Origin: an uncultured Rikenellaceae bacterium
Lineage (GTDB): Bacteria > Bacteroidota > Bacteroidia > Bacteroidales > VadinHA17
Assembly: GCA_964555805.1 (NCBI GenBank)
Contig: CAZKTX010000002.1
Coordinates: 1 to 52,392, forward strand
Reading direction: 5' to 3'
DNA: 52,392 bases
How positions within the stretch are numbered: position 1 is the first letter of the stretch; each line of letters opens with the position of its first letter. The notes below the pieces were generated by a model, which was not told where the DNA came from, did no database searches, and saw only the letters and a program-made list of their open reading frames with translations. The position numbers and the translations under genes are program-made. This document shows positions 51,819 to 52,392 of this stretch, piece after piece.

Positions 51819-52392
51819 ATGGGGAAAAAAGTCAAGAATAAAGATTTAGCTGAAAGGCTGGGTGTGTCCAGTACTTTGGTGTCGCTGGTCCTTAATAACA
51901 AAGCTGACCAGCATGGGATCCGGAAGGATACCCAGGAAAAGGTGCTTGCTCTTGCAAGACAAATGGGATATTTTGATCTGCAAAGGGATCCGGTTGAAAG
52001 TGCTTCCGTCGAAGAAAAGCCCGGAATCATAGGGATGATAGTTCCTTCGCTGCACGATCCGTTCGTTTATGGAATAACACCTTATCTTCAGAAAGCCTTT
52101 GGCAGTATCGGGGTCGGGTTCTCGATAATGACAAAGGATCCTGATGACGGGAGGTACAACAGAATGGTAGGCGCTTTCAAGAAGTTTTACAGCGGACTTA
52201 TCCTTACAGGTGATGCGGCGGATGATTATACAATCCGTTCCCTCAGGGCGATGGGATATCCTTTTGTTTTACTCGAGAAATCCGTCAGGAACCTGCGGCT
52301 CAATACGGTCTGCACCGACTATTCCGATGGAGCCCGTAAGGTGATCGATCACATTGCAAAGCTCGGCTATAAAAATATCCTTATTGCAACGG
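51819..52392 (+). CDS. LacI-family transcriptional regulator, partial (3' end beyond the window)
   Basis: My own translation gives MGKKVKNKDLAERLGVSSTLVSLVLNNKADQHGIRKDTQEKVLALARQMGY (a LacI-type HTH), followed by the periplasmic-binding-fold start IIGMIVPSLHDPF. It runs open to the window edge, so it is absent from the track. Confidence 0.85.
   Translation, partial: MGKKVKNKDLAERLGVSSTLVSLVLNNKADQHGIRKDTQEKVLALARQMGYFDLQRDPVESASVEEKPGIIGMIVPSLHDPFVYGITPYLQKAFGSIGVGFSIMTKDPDDGRYNRMVGAFKKFYSGLILTGDAADDYTIRSLRAMGYPFVLLEKSVRNLRLNTVCTDYSDGARKVIDHIAKLGYKNILIAT

Overview
This 52.4 kb chromosomal segment looks like Bacteroidota. The evidence is TAnnTTTG-type promoter boxes, A-rich Shine-Dalgarno-less leaders, DUF4293 and DUF349, a long-form YidC and PD40/OmpA proteins. 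Most of the window is housekeeping or envelope genes. These include a sugar-uptake cluster (FucP-like MFS, SIS isomerase, MFS, CE7 esterase), polysaccharide genes (CapD/PglF-like dehydratase, wecB, WbpP-like epimerase), tRNA-Arg(ACG), an AsmA-like protein, rplS, a C69 dipeptidase, cutC and an M23 peptidase. Further genes are zapB-like/zapA followed by a structured ncRNA and rny, an RND efflux operon (MFP-RND-TolC), pyrBI, yigZ, a NamZ-like DUF1343 protein, a 5'-nucleotidase, queE, a TPR/PD40/OmpA protein, DUF349, pyrG, yidC and a partial LacI-family regulator. I saw no CRISPR array, integrase, transposase or obvious mobile element. The part that stands out is about 36.0-45.7 kb. It holds an unannotated 44-aa ORF with a double-glycine (GG) leader, which is below the ORF-track cutoff. 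Around it sit a peptidase-C39 ABC exporter plus HlyD adaptor, an exported membrane-anchored TPR-CHAT (caspase-fold) protease, a sigma-70/ECF-like sigma factor, a single-pass TPR anti-sigma-like protein, and a soluble histidine-kinase-like protein whose phospho-acceptor His is replaced. I interpret this as a candidate secreted-peptide plus protease-gated sigma-factor signalling module. That reading is inference and has not been demonstrated.
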